The position numbers and the translations under genes are program-made. Shown here in pieces: positions 1-12,292 of a stretch of 64,000 nt of DNA (position 1 is the stretch's first letter; each line of letters begins with the position of its first letter). The notes beneath the pieces were generated by a model. The model saw only the letters and a program-made list of their open reading frames with translations, did not search any database and was not told the DNA's origin. The DNA is from Octopus sinensis (lineage: Eukaryota), in contig NC_043017.1 of the NCBI RefSeq assembly GCF_006345805.1, positions 18,166,001-18,230,000 of the forward strand, read 5' to 3'.

Positions 1-112
1 GATAGTGCTTTTTACGTACCACCAGACCAGGGATCCTGGCTGGTTCAATTCGATTTCGATTTCGATTTCCCCAACATGTCTTCGCAAGCAACGGGGTTGA
101 TATATATATATA

Positions 113-339
113 TAGGGCTGGCCAAAAGTCACTGGACAGTAAATCAAAATTCCATAAATGCTATTTGTAATCCTGTATTGACTGGAATGCAAAAAATGTG
201 TCACTCAAGAACTTCAGTTTGAACAATTTTCATGATGTTTCATATTTAGACGCTTTTATTAAGTTCATTCAGTTAACATAAACAAATCTTGGAATTAAAT
301 GGTTTTGATTTACTGTCAGGTGACTTTTGGCCAACCCTG
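113..339. mobile_element. Tc1/mariner-type MITE
   Basis: ~40 bp imperfect TIRs (tagggctggccaaaagtcactggacagtaaatcaaaa / ttttgatttactgtcaggtgacttttggccaaccctg), flanked by TA on both sides. Confidence 0.8.
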
Positions 340-578
340 TATATATAGCTGAAGAGTTTGAAGAAACACAATTTATAACAAAATTAGACTTCTAGTTCTA
401 AAGAAAATGGGGAACTAAATGTTCTTTGAAGGTAAAATCTTCAGGTAGAGGATGCAATTAGGGATCAGAGTAACTTAGGTTAGGGAAGAAGGGAACTCAG
501 TCAATGTCCCCCTCTGGTTGAACCCGTTCTCTTGTAACTCCAATTCTTACTCTCTGCTTCTCTTCTCTTGTTTGAAAG

Positions 579-738
579 GTCATAGACAACAGGAATATAG
601 AATACACTATGCAGCCGTCCAGTGCTTTCCCTGGGATTGGACAGCTCCTGAATGGCACGAAAAATGATACTCCATGTTTACATACTCATAGAACTCTAAG
701 ATCAGCTTCTTCTCTCCAACACATGACACAGCCTCATG
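579..738 (+). CDS. UBXN11: UBXN11-like internal exon (end of SEP domain and linker): VIDNRNIEYTMQPSSAFPGIGQLLNG...QPH
   Basis: Polypyrimidine tract + AG at 577-578; GTAAGT donor at 739; 160 nt, phase 0 to 1, splices in frame to 1517. Resembles human UBXN11 VSDLRNQVY...FPGEG as recalled. Confidence 0.8.
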
Positions 739-842
739 GTAAGTTCACCTTTCAGTCCTTTATCACATGTTACACTAAACCACAGTATAACACTGTCTTG
801 TATGCCTCTCCACATTACTCTCCAATATGATACTGTTCTACA

Positions 843-1013
843 AGGCGCAGGAGTGGCTGTGTGGTAAGTAGCTTGCTAACCAACCACATGGTTCCGGGTT
901 CAGTCCCACTGCATGGCATCTTGGGTAAGTGTCTTCTGCTATAGCCCCGAGCCAACCAATGCCTTGTGAGTGGATTTGGTAGACGGAAACTGAAAGAAGC
1001 CTGTCGTATATAT

Positions 1014-1045
<32 letters not shown>

Positions 1046-1250
1046 TTGTGTGTCTGTGTTTGTCCCCCTAGCATGGCTTGACAACCGATGCTAGTGTGTT
1101 TATGTCCCCGTCACTTAGCAGTTCGGCAAAAGAGACCGATAGAATAAGTACTGGGCTTACAAAGTATAAGTCCTGGGGTCGATTTGCTCGACTAAAGGCG
1201 GTGCTCCAGCATGGCCGCAGTCAAATGACTGAAACAAGTAAAAGAGTAAA
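843..1250 (+). mobile_element. tRNA-headed SINE family A (CORE-like box accttgggcaagt, internal TA/TG microsatellite, gtaaaaga tail)
   Basis: A-box tggctgtgtggt and B-box ggttcagtccc. Near-identical copies at 15848-16242, 23289-23740, 34715-35090, 47765-48148 (-); older copies at 11246-11870 (-), 28800-29180, 35095-35505, 45205-45980 (-), 52095-52600 (-), 58245-59830. Confidence 0.9.
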
Positions 1251-1516
1251 GGTAACAACAGCCCTGATTACTCTTTTCCCTGTCATTCCTTTATATCCTG
1301 CTGCACTGTTCACTGTTGCACTGCTGCACTGTTCACTGTGCACTGCATGTTTAGTTCACAGAGTCCATTGTAGTGTACACTACAGACTCTGACTGTCCAT
1401 GTTGATGGAGTTTGATGTGTTATGGAGTGTCTTAGTGTGTAGGTGTGTTTCAATAGACAAAACTTGATGACTTACCTCCAACTGTCCCCCAAACTATTTT
1501 TTTCTCTCTCCCACAG

Positions 1517-1620
1517 AACCCCGGCTGTCAGCTGACCAGTTCATTAGGAAACTCCCAGGCTGTGTCATCAAAGATGGCAATACAATTGAAGTGAAGAAAT
1601 CTATTGAAAGTCTGCTGAAG
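1517..1620 (+). CDS. UBXN11: UBXN11-like exon: PRLSADQFIRKLPGCVIKDGNTIEVKKSIESLLK
   Basis: ccacAG acceptor, GTAAGT donor, 104 nt, phase 1 to 0. Matches the recalled UBXN11 motif xTAEKFLNRLPKFVIRQGEVIDIR. Confidence 0.9.
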
Positions 1621-2111
1621 GTAAGTCCTTCCGGAAATATCTTAATGGCAGCAGATGATGAAGTACTAGAAAGAAACCATTATTAAGATTGGACGACACA
1701 GACGTAGCTGTGTGATTAACGAGTTTGGTTCTGAGTCACATAGTTTTGGGTTCAGTCCCACTGCCTGGCACCTCGAGCAAGTGTCTTCTATTATAGCTCT
1801 GGGCCTACTGAAGTAGATTTGGTAGTTTGATGCCAAAAGAAGACTATCTATCTGTTTGTCTGTCTGTGTGTCTATCTATCAATCTGTCTCTATTTGTCCA
1901 TCATCTGTCTGTGTTTCTATCTCTCTATCTGTCCATCTCTATAGATCTATCTATCTACCTACCTACTTATCCACCTTCTTTCCTTCTCTTGTGTGTACAA
2001 ATAGATGTACAACAGCTACTGTTAAGTTCACGGCTCCACATAGATTGTCATAGTTCAGTCTGCATCCAGTATAATGGTTAAGTAACTATTATACTTAGTA
2101 CACTTATTAGT

Positions 2112-2491
2112 GGAAGCACTCCATCGGTTACGACGACGAGGGTTCCGGTTGATCCAATCAATGGAACAGCCTGCTCGTCAAATTAACGTGTAAGTGGTTG
2201 AACACTCCACAGACACATGTACCCTTAACGTAGTTCTCGGGGATATTCAGCATGACACAGAGAGTGACAAGGCCGGCCCTTTGAAATACAGGTACAACAG
2301 AAACAGGAAGTAAGGGTGAGAGAAAGTTGTGGTGAAAGAGTACAGCAGGGATCACCACCATCCCTGCCGGAGCCTCATGGAGCTTTAGGTGTTTTCGCTC
2401 AATAAACACTCACAACGCCCGGTCTGGAAATCGAAACCGCGATCCTACGACCGCGAGTCCGCTGCCCTAACCACTGGGCCATTGCACCTCC
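2112..2491 (-). mobile_element. tRNA-headed SINE, family C variant
   Basis: 12 bp TSD acacttattagt (2100-2111 / 2492-2503); shares its 3' tail with 8437-8759. Confidence 0.85.
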
Positions 2492-3347
2492 ACACTTATT
2501 AGTATTACTAGTTATGAAGGCAGCAATCTGGCAGAATTGTTAACATACTTGATAAAATGCTTAGTGGCATTTCATTCGTCTTTATGTTCTGAGTTCAAAT
2601 TCTGCTGAGGTTGATGTTACCCGCTGAATTTACTGGCCATATTCCATGACTTTGCTGACCTACACAGTTAGAGAGACAGGCCGATAATTTTTAGTATCTG
2701 CTCTGCTTCCCTCTTTATAGATAGGATGCATTAAACCTTTCTTTAACTTTCTGGGAAAGGAAGCTTTAGAAGAGAATCTGCAGTACTTTTTCTAGGGCCC
2801 CTTTGCATTTTTTAGATTGTTGGGAATTCATCAGGGCCTGTAGCTAAGTTTAAGTTAATTTAATCAATGGCTGATATTATATCAGTTTCCTCTATCTTGA
2901 TATTGCCATCCTTTCACATGGATACTATCATCCTTTCATCAGGAGCTGTGGTGTTGAAGAACTCATCAGACATAGTTATTTGCAAGTGTCCCAATGGACT
3001 TGTGAAAACACTTTTGTATTGCACATTCAATATTTCACCTATGCTGTAGGGGTCTGCAATCTAGTGAGCCATTTTCTTTGAACAGTGGCCCTATCTTGTA
3101 CCATACTGAAGAAGACTCATTTGCAAATCTATAGAAGGCTTTAGGGTCTGTCTTATTGATTACACTAAAGTGTCTGTCATTCCAGTTTCTTAAATCAAGT
3201 CTCTTATATATATTTATATATATATATAAGTTCAGCAAAAATTTAGATTCAAATGAATATGGTACTTAATTTAGATGCACCAGAATTTTGTATGGTGTTA
3301 TCCAAATCATACCAAATTACCGGAGTCATTCTTGTTGCTTATTTTGA

Positions 3348-3397
<50 letters not shown>

Positions 3398-3539
3398 TTG
3401 GACAAAGGATCTTGTTTCTTATTCCTCAAAGTGGTTGGCTGAAGATAAGAAATATCTTGATGACTATTTGAAATATAAAATATCAATTGCAGTGTCTTCT
3501 TACACTCATCCATCCACCCATCTGTCAGTCCATCTTCCC

Positions 3540-3860
3540 CACCCGTTATTTCTGGGAGGGTTGTGAGGGTAGAATCTTCAGGTACCTCCTCCAGAGGCTC
3601 TTATCAGAAGCAACCAGCAAACCACACCTTCCAGATAGATTACCAATCATGACTAACAGGGTATGGATATTATCCAACCATTTCGTCTTTGGTCTACCCC
3701 AAGGTCTCTCACCAGTTGTCTTGACTTGAAGAATCTGTCTTGCAATTCTCTACTGTGATATTCTAATCACGTGTCCATAGTAACAGAGCTGTGGCATCTC
3801 AATACAGAGAAGTAACAGCTCAATCTGGTGAGGCGCCCTGATCTGTGAGCTAGGCCCCTG
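3540..3860 (-). mobile_element. RTE-clade LINE, decayed ORF2 C-terminus
   Basis: Minus-strand translation YYGHVIRIS..RIARQILQVKTTGERPWGRPKTKWLDNI. Confidence 0.65.
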
Positions 3861-4541
3861 TTGAGTAACCCTACTTCAGTGATCCTTCTTTCTTCTAAAA
3901 ACGAAACAAAAAAGAAAATTAGAGAAAGAGAGAGGGAGAGAGAGAGAGAGTTGTGGTAGAGTGGAAGGCAATAATTGACTGTTAATAACTTGAATCTGTC
4001 TTTTGTGTGATTAGAAAGTTCACTTTATGATCAGTAATTGACTGACAACAAATTACCTTGTAAAGATAAAAACGGAAGGAAAAATAATTTCTCGCACACA
4101 CACACACACACACACACACGTATATGATGATGATTGCTTCGTCTTGACACACACACACACCATCATACAGCACAGTCACCCCTTTGATGAGTCCTTGGGT
4201 AACTAGAAATTGTGTTGAAAACTGCCGTTCAAAAGGAAAAAATCCTGCAGCGGCACACTGTATTACAATCTGTGCAGTTTATCATAAAACCGAGATTAGT
4301 TTGTGAAGAATTACCTCCCTTAGACTATTAACACTGTTTGATCTTCAAATTTGTTTTTTTTTTAAACCATAAAAAGTGAGAATTCGTACTCTTTCTGTTT
4401 TCCCCTTTCTCTCTCCTTCTTCCTACAAGCACATATTAACGTGTGTGTGTGAGTGTTGGTATGTGTATTTGTGTGTTTCTATCACATGATCGAACTTTTA
4501 CTGGGTCCTGTTACCATTCCTCGTCTAGTGACGTGCGTGTA

Positions 4542-4572
<31 letters not shown>

Positions 4573-4686
4573 CATAAAAATGCCGGAGAGATTTCATCAA
4601 AACTGCCTCAGACGTATTTTAGGTATCAAGTGCGAATGTTTCGTACCAGATACAGAAGTTTTGCGCATGGCACGTTGCGACGACTC

Positions 4687-5315
4687 ACATGAAATGGACT
4701 GGACATGTTATTAGAATGAAAGACAAGCGTTTGCTAAAGCGTTTTTTGTATGGTGAGCTCAACTCTGGTAAACGACCACAACATAAGCCAAGGAAAGGGT
4801 ATAAAGACTGTATGAAGGAAAACCTAAGGAAACTAGATATGAACAAAAGTGATTGGGAAAATGATGTTCTTGATCGGAACAAGCGGAGAGGTGGTGTTAG
4901 GACTGGTTGCAATGCCTAGGAGCAAAAAGATGAATCAGAACTCTGTGCTTAAAAGGGCCTTTTGTAAAGGAACAATTGGAACTGTAAATCAATAGTGGAC
5001 ATTGGGTATGTATTACATCTGATCGTGTTTTGCTGCCAAAAGCAGGATACATGAATCATATGAAGTCACTTGAAAAGCGAAATGCATAAATAGGTAGCGA
5101 TCTTGGACACCAACCACCTCTTACGACTTGTGTCATATGTCACAAAACTTGTAAGACACTATCTGGACTTAAAAGACACATGCTAGCTCACAAAAACATT
5201 CCTTCAGAATCAGATTGCAATGGGCAAAGATATAGAAGAAGCTTGAATAATATCTGTCACTTGTGTTTTAAATCCTGTCAGTCAGCAGCTGGTCTTTAAA
5301 GTGATCTAAGGACTC
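4687..5315 (+). mobile_element. RTE/BovB-like LINE 3' fragment with tandem C2H2 fingers
   Basis: KWTGHVIRMKDKRLLKRFLYGELNSGKRPQHKPRKGYKD, followed after a frameshift by CVICHKTCKTLSGLKRHMLAH (5129-5191) and two decayed fingers. Confidence 0.75.
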
Positions 5316-5590
5316 GGATCTTTTCCTTTTGAACGGCAGTTTTCAACACAATTTCTAGTTAACTAAACACTTTTAAACTTCGTATACTGGTAGAATGTGT
5401 CAAAATAAAACATTTTTTTCTTTTGGCTTTCTTGAGAAAATTGTAATTTGTAAGTTTAACGTACTTCAATTTTTCGAATTTTAACCAATCAATGACCTCT
5501 ATTGAGCTAAAGTCATTTGCTGCGTCTAAAACTGAGACAACATCCTGTCACTAACCCTAACCCTAACCCTAACCCAACCCTAAATTTTAG
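5316..5590 (+). mobile_element. Left arm of the GGATC-ended foldback DNA element, truncated
   Basis: Same terminus as 8936 (ggatcttttccttttgaacggcag), with (CCCTAA)n inside; an isolated opposite end lies at ~4198-4246. Confidence 0.75.
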
Positions 5591-5620
5591 CCTTTCGTTT
5601 TTTTTTTTCTTCTTAATTTT

Positions 5621-7295
5621 CTCTCCCCACTTCTCTACGTTTTGGCCTTCGAGCCATTGCTGAGGAGGTTGGAAACTATGAGGGGGCGCTCCGCAAGATC
5701 TAGAGGGCGGAAGTCAACTTCGGCATATGCAGATGACATCACCGTCATTGTATCCAGTGGGTAGGTGAGGCCTTAAGGGATTACAAAGCGGTGGCAGGAG
5801 CGAAAATCAATCATGATAAATTGGTCGGCTTGCAACTCGACACCTGGAGGGGCAAGTTCATGCCTTCCAACAGTGTCGTAGGATGTTGGACGGAAGGGCC
5901 GATGAAAATGCTTGGAGTCTGGTTAGGTCCAGATCTCCAGATAGAGAAGAATTGGAGCGAGTTGGCGAGAAAGGTAGCTCTCCTCACTCAGACCTGGTCT
6001 GAGTGGAAGCTGTCCTTGAAAGGGAGGGCGGAGGTTGCAGAGGTGTTTATCGCCTCTGTAATCATTTACTGCCTGATCGTCGTGCTTTGCCCCGATTCGT
6101 GGCTGAACAAGCTGGAACGCATGCTCTTTCGCTTTTTGTGGAGGGGCAGCAGACCTCTTGTAAGGCGCTCTATCTGCTGCCAAAAGCCGCTAAAGGGTGG
6201 ACTAGGGATGCCGTGGCTAAAAATACACAGACATGCGCTCAGGCTTAGGCACCTCTGGCTTTACCTGGACGGTGAGCAGGTGCGGTCTCCGTTCGTCAAG
6301 CTGTTATTTCCATAGTTCACATCGTTTACCAAACTGAACCCATGGATCAAGTGTAGACCGAGGTTGGGCGTGTGGCATGCAGAGTGGCATCAGGCACTCG
6401 TGCTTCTCTCCCAGTTGGGCAACGCCAGTGACGGGGGTACTACCTCGTTCTTCTATAGAGGGTTAATAGAGTTCGAGTGTGACGACGTCCTGGGAGAAAC
6501 CCTAGGCTTCGACGAAGATCAACTGGCCAACCTGTTCCAGAGAACATTCGGGCTGGGGCCTATGGATAATTACCAAAAGTCTCTGGCCTGGCAATGTTAC
6601 AGAGGAGCTTTACCGGTTCGAGATAAGCTCTTTAGACATGGGTGTGCACCTTCGCCGGTTTGTGCAAGATGTGAGCAGGACACTGAAACTGTTCTGCACG
6701 CGATTGTACAATGTCCCAAGGTGATTGAGCTTTGGGCTTATGTCGAACACCCGCTGTTGCATTCGAGAAGAGTACAACTGTCGAGCGAATCTGTAATTAA
6801 GATCGTTCCGCCGACCTCCCTGAATAGGAAGGAGTGAGCCTGTTTTCTCTTGGTAGTTGCTGCTGCGAAAGAGGTAGCATGGAAGACGAGAGTGAAAGGA
6901 ATTGCAACAGGCATGTTCATCTCCAGTCTCGAGCTAATCGACTTTTTCGTTTTCCACATGAAACGGAAAATAAGGCTGGAGAAGAAATGCCTGTCGCAAA
7001 GTGTGTTTCGTAAAAGATGGAAGTCTATAGCAAGTATGTTGCGAGTGAAAGAACCTGTTTAAACGAGAATATAAAATGGAGAAAGCAAAGTCTTCAGTGT
7101 GAATATGTGGTTTTTGGGGTCGACCGCGTCCTCTGCTTCATTTTTTGTAAATCACTCATTCTCATTTAATTGTATATATTTTAATTGTTTGTTTATTCAT
7201 ACGTTTCGTCTCATTCGATACCCTGACCCCAATATTTGTTTTGTCTGTCCTCGTATCGTCCCCTCTTTTTCTCAACCTTATGGTTAATAAAGAAA
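5621..7295 (+). mobile_element. 5'-truncated Tx1/L1-clade non-LTR retrotransposon, disrupted
   Basis: PLLYVLAFEPLLRRL, SAYADDITV, FRFLW...KGGLGMP, zf-RVT-like CARCEQDTETVLHAIVQCP; stops and frameshifts; AATAAA at the 3' end. Confidence 0.85.
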
Positions 7296-7734
7296 TTGAC
7301 TTATTTGGCAAGAGATGTTTCAATGCTTCTCGGTCTGTCTTTCGCTGTCTCTCTTTCTTTGTCTGTCTGTCTCTCTCTTTGTCTGTCTCTGTCTCTCTCT
7401 CTCACAGTGTCTAGTTATGTTTGTATGTAATATCTTCCTCTCTTTATCTGTATGTACATATCACTGCACTTGCATGCACGCGTTTCATTCTACTGGCAAA
7501 ATGTAGTGACCAAGGCAGGTTTATCTTCCAGACAGCTATTTCCGATCTGTCCCTTTCTACCCCAGATACACTGTTTACCCAACAGTGCCGCATGACTTCA
7601 AGCAAGGAAACAATTGTTCTCTCTATCGCCACTGATCTTCTCAGATAGTTTTCTATCTATCTCTCTCTTTCCTTTTCCATTAAGTGCCTCACTTGTCGCT
7701 CTACAATCTTCTGCTATTGTTCTGATTGTCAAAT

Positions 7735-7820
7735 ACACACACACACACTAACGCACACGCACACACACACGCGCACACACACACACACCACACACACACA
7801 CACACACACTAACGCACACG

Positions 7821-7858
<38 letters not shown>

Positions 7859-7861
7859 CGC

Positions 7862-7900
<39 letters not shown>

Positions 7901-7903
7901 CGC

Positions 7904-7944
<41 letters not shown>

Positions 7945-7972
7945 CGCACACGCACACACACACACACACACG
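7735..7972. repeat. Compound (CA)n microsatellite punctuated by repeated ctaacgcacacgca units
   Basis: Seen directly in the sequence. Confidence 0.95.
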
Positions 7973-8372
7973 CTCACGTTCCCTGATTTGTGATAAAGCC
8001 CCACCCAAACGTCAATTGGGGGAAATATAATTATTTCATGTGAAAATGTTTTCCGAGAGATAGAGAAAACAAGAAATGAGAACCCGGATCTAATTATACA
8101 CACGACAGTGTCCGTTATCAAACATATCCTCGTGAATGTTATTACTGGTATTGTTGTTGCGTGTGTCAGAGAGAGAGAGAGAGAGAGATAAGGGCTGGTC
8201 TCAAATATAAATTATTGTTCTTTTGTTGGTTACACCAAACAGGATGTGAATTAGCAGTCTTTGGACTTTGGACAGGCGTTGCCGACAACATTATTTACAG
8301 CGTTGCTAGGTGTTACGCTTTAATAAAACACACACACACATGCACGCACGCACGCACGCACGCACGCACACA

Positions 8373-8415
<43 letters not shown>

Positions 8416-8436
8416 AGAGGTCTATATATATCTGTG

Positions 8437-8759
8437 TGAGGGCGCGTGGCTTAGTGGTTAGGGCATTCGGCTCATGATCGTAAGGTTGTGAGTTCGATTC
8501 CCGGCGACGCGTTGTGTCCTTGAGCAAGACACTTTATTTCACGTTGCTCCAGTCCACTCAGCTGGCAAAAATGAGTTGTACTTGTATTTCAAAGGGTCAG
8601 CCTTGTCACTCTCTGTGTCACGCTGATTATCCCCGAGAACTACGTTAAGGGTACACGTGTCTGTGGAATGCTCAGCCATTTGCACGTTAATTTCACGAGC
8701 AAGCTGTTCCGTTGATCGTATCAGCTGGGACCCTCGTCGTCGTAACCGGCGGAGTCTTT
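8437..8759 (+). mobile_element. tRNA-headed SINE family C
   Basis: A-box tggcttagtgg, B-box gagttcgattcc, TSD atatatctgtg (8426-8436 / 8761-8771); other copies at 10575-10672 (-) and 13825-14125 (-). Confidence 0.9.
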
Positions 8760-8935
8760 TATATATCTGTGCAGATTCTTTGAAGTGGTGTGCCGTGTTT
8801 GGGGGGATGCATATGTGTGTGTCTATATATGTTTATATTCACGTAAAGTATGTATATACTGGCGGGGCTAAAGAATACGTACACCACCCGTTTTCGGTCT
8901 AACAAAAAGTCTTAACCCTAAACATCATATGAAAT

Positions 8936-9692
8936 GGATCTTTTCCTTTTGAACGGCAGATGTCAACACAATTTCTAGTTAACTAAACACTTTTGAACTT
9001 CGTATACTGGTAGAATGTGTTTTTAAAACATCATTTTTTCTTGGCTTTATTGAGAAAATTCTATAGTTTGTAAGATATTTCGTCTGAAATTTCGAGCATT
9101 TCGGCAATTTTAACCAATCGCTCACCTCCATTTGGGGTGAAAAGATTCCATGCTGTATGAATATGTCCCTTGTTTAAGAAACAGATTGGGTTTATTTACA
9201 TTTGCGAAGAAAAAAGATACCCTTCCCCCACCCCTAACCCTAACCCTAAAATAGATTGAAATGCAATAGATCGATACTAGGGTCATAATTATGGGTGACA
9301 TTTCATTTGACACCGCTAGAAAAAAATCCCATTTTCAGTAGCGGTGTCGTATGGAATTGTCACCCATAATTATGACCCTAGTATCGATCTATTGCATTTC
9401 AATCTATTTTAAGATTAGGGTTAGGGATGGGGGAAGGGTATCTTTTTTTTCTTCGCAAATGTAAATAAACCCAATCTGTTTCTTAAACAAGGGACATATT
9501 CATACAGCATGGAATCTTTTCACTCCAAATGCTCGAAATTTCAGATGAAATATCTTACAAACTATAGAATTTTCTCAATAAAGCCAAGAAAAAATGATGT
9601 TTTATAAACACATTCTACCGGTATACGAAGTTTAAAAGTGTTTAGTTAACTAGAAATTGTGTTGACATCTGCCGTTCAAAAGGAAAAGATCC
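8936..9692. mobile_element. Foldback non-autonomous DNA transposon, 757 bp, with arms of ~360-390 bp; possibly Merlin- or hAT-type
   Basis: GGATC...GATCC ends, near-perfect self-complementarity, 8 bp TSD with one mismatch (tatgaaat 8928-8935 / taagaaat 9693-9700). The superfamily is inferred only from the GG ends and 8 bp TSD. Confidence 0.85.
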
Positions 9693-9699
9693 TAAGAAA

Positions 9700-10300
9700 T
9701 TTTGGAACATAGGAATAATACAACTTATTGAATAACCGTTCTGAACTAAGAGAATCCTGTATACATTGTGCCACCAGTACTTTTAAGTATTTTAAATAAT
9801 AACATTCTGACCATTCCCAAATTTTTAAATCTTAATATTTTGTAACTAAATAAGGAATTAATATACCATACTAGCTTTTATTTAACCTGCATAGATTACT
9901 AAGAAATTTCATTATATAAATAAATTTGAATATAATGAAATTAAAATTTTTTGATACTCTCCTATATGGGATTGCAAAAAATTTTATATATCTAGGGAAA
10001 TTACTTAAAATTCATAATTAGTCTCTATTCTCCCTACCCCCACTAAATTCAGCCTACTAGCTTTTTGCTATAATACATTCAAATATATCTAAACTGAATT
10101 CCTCAAAATGAGGATGGGTTTATGGTTTTGACATTTGTACTACCCCTTCCTCTATCTATAAATGGGAAAAAATTCTTGTTTGTCTCCATTCAACCAAGAA
10201 TAACCCCCCTGCCCCACTGATAGATCTAAATAACAAAGTGAACTCAATGATAAAATCTACAGACGGAGAATGAACATACTACCATCATGTTCTTAATAAT
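9700..10300 (-). mobile_element. Possible very old LINE RT relic
   Basis: Weak minus-strand resemblance (YKCQNHKPILIL vs NYRPISLL); many stops. Confidence 0.25.
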
Positions 10301-11465
10301 GAAATTAACCTCACTGTCTATATATATATACCCTCTTTGTAATGTTGGCAAATGAAACAAGTATAAGAATGTGCATTGTCCGTTTAATTGAAAAATTCTA
10401 TATGTGGCTGAAGATTGCTCGACATTTTAAAACTGATGTAATACTTACAGTGTTTAATAAAATGAAGTAGCATGAAACAATTATACTACCCTACCTTGGA
10501 TATCCTTGTTGCTTATTTGGATTTTATATATATATATGTATGTATGTGTGTGTGTGTGTGTTGTGTGTATTTACAGTGGTACTCCGTCAGTTACGACGAC
10601 GAGGGTTCCAGTTGATCCGATTAACGGAACAGCCTGCTCGTGAAATTAACGTGCTAGTGGCTGAGCACTCCACTTTCTATTTATCTATTCCTCTCTCAGT
10701 TTAACCATCGAGCTCACTGTGTACGTGTGAATATATCTCTCTACTTTCTGTTTCTGTTTGTACATCTGTCACTCACACACACATACATGCACACATAGAG
10801 CAGCTCAAACGTCTCCTCTTGTATTATATATTTAAGTAATTCACAGGAAAAGCATTGTAGAATTCTTCCGTTGAATGTTTAATTGTTTTTATTAGAATTT
10901 GACATAAAATCCAAAACATTCTCTCTTTTATAATTGTCATTTTCACTTGTAACTACACCATTTCTGTTTTAAAACCCATAAAAAATTATTCTCAAGTGGT
11001 TTTCAGAGGCTGGAACAGATTAATTATATTTTAGTTAATTTCTATGGGGAAAATTGATTTGTAAAATGAGCTCAGTCATGGAATGAATTAAACTTGTACA
11101 GCAACGTACCACTATACTTTTTTATTCATCTTTGTCCTCCCAATATGTGTCACTAGCCATTCATGGTTAAATTGGTGTCAGTTGATTAGTGTCCCATTTC
11201 TGTTATGTGTGCACAAGCACGTATCTTCTTTTATCCTTCATCTCTTACTTGTTTCGATCTTTAGACTGTGGCCATGCTGGGGCACTGCCTCGAAGAATGA
11301 ATCAACCCCAGGACTTTTTTTAAAAACCTGGTGCTTATTCCATCTGTCTTTATTTGCTGAACTCTTTGATTATGGGGGATGTAAACACACCAACACCAAC
11401 ACCAACTATCATGTGGTGGTGGTGGTGCTGGGGACAAAACACTCACACATACACACAAATACATG

Positions 11466-11510
<45 letters not shown>

Positions 11511-11522
11511 TATATACATATA

Positions 11523-11553
<31 letters not shown>

Positions 11554-11581
11554 ATTATATATATATATATATATAATATAT

Positions 11582-11612
<31 letters not shown>

Positions 11613-11642
11613 TACATATATATATACATATATATATATATA

Positions 11643-11714
<72 letters not shown>

Positions 11715-11921
11715 ATGAGCTTCTTTCAGTTTCCATCTCCCAAATCCACTCACAAAGCTTTGGCTGACCCAAGGCTATAATAGAAAATATTTGCTTATGG
11801 TTTCACTCAGTGGAACTGAACCTGGAACCATTGTGATTGGGAAGCAACATTTTTACTATACAGCCATGCTAGCTCTTTATACACATATATACATATATAC
11901 TAACCTATATACAAATATATG

Positions 11922-12154
11922 AAGGCGGCAAGCTGGCAGAAATGTTAGCACGCCGGGCGAAATGAGTAGCCGTATTTCGTCTGCCGTTACGTTCTGGGTT
12001 CAAATTCCGCCGAGGTTGACTTTGCCTTTCATCCTTTCGGGGTCGATAAATTAAGTACCAGTTACGCACTGGGGTCGATGTAATCAACTTAATCCGTTTG
12101 TCTGTCCTTGTTTGTCCCCTCTGTGTTTAGCCCCTTCTGAATAGTAAAGAAATA
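11922..12154 (+). mobile_element. tRNA-headed SINE family B (Meta-like central box gcctttcatcctttcggggtcgataaa)
   Basis: 16 bp TSD tatatacaaatatatg (11906-11921 / 12155-12170). Copies at 13495-13715, 18345-18582 (-), 24955-25165, 36905-37140 (-), 44000-44610 (-), 48321-48533, 49402-49635 (-), 61866-62090. Confidence 0.9.
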
Positions 12155-12292
12155 TATATACAAATATATGCATATATATACTCACACACACATATATGCA
12201 CCTATATATATATTATATTTATACTAACTTATATGCACAGACACACACACACACAAACGTTTATTAATTATTTATGTGTCTATTTATTTCAG

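Noticed and set aside
5129-5191. Exon of a host C2H2-ZNF gene
   Set aside because: No TGEKP-type linkers, in-frame stops on both sides, and it directly follows an RTE ORF2 end
5551-5583. Telomere or chromosome-fusion scar (CCCTAA)n
   Set aside because: Only a few units, at the same position inside each foldback-element arm (also 9232-9248 and 9416-9426)
8437-8510. tRNA genes at the A/B-box heads
   Set aside because: No complete acceptor stem; the heads continue into SINE bodies flanked by TSDs
11354-11772. Long IYIY/CVCV/THTH/SLSL ORFs here and throughout the track
   Set aside because: They are translations of TA, TG, CA and GA microsatellites, which lack stop codons in some frames
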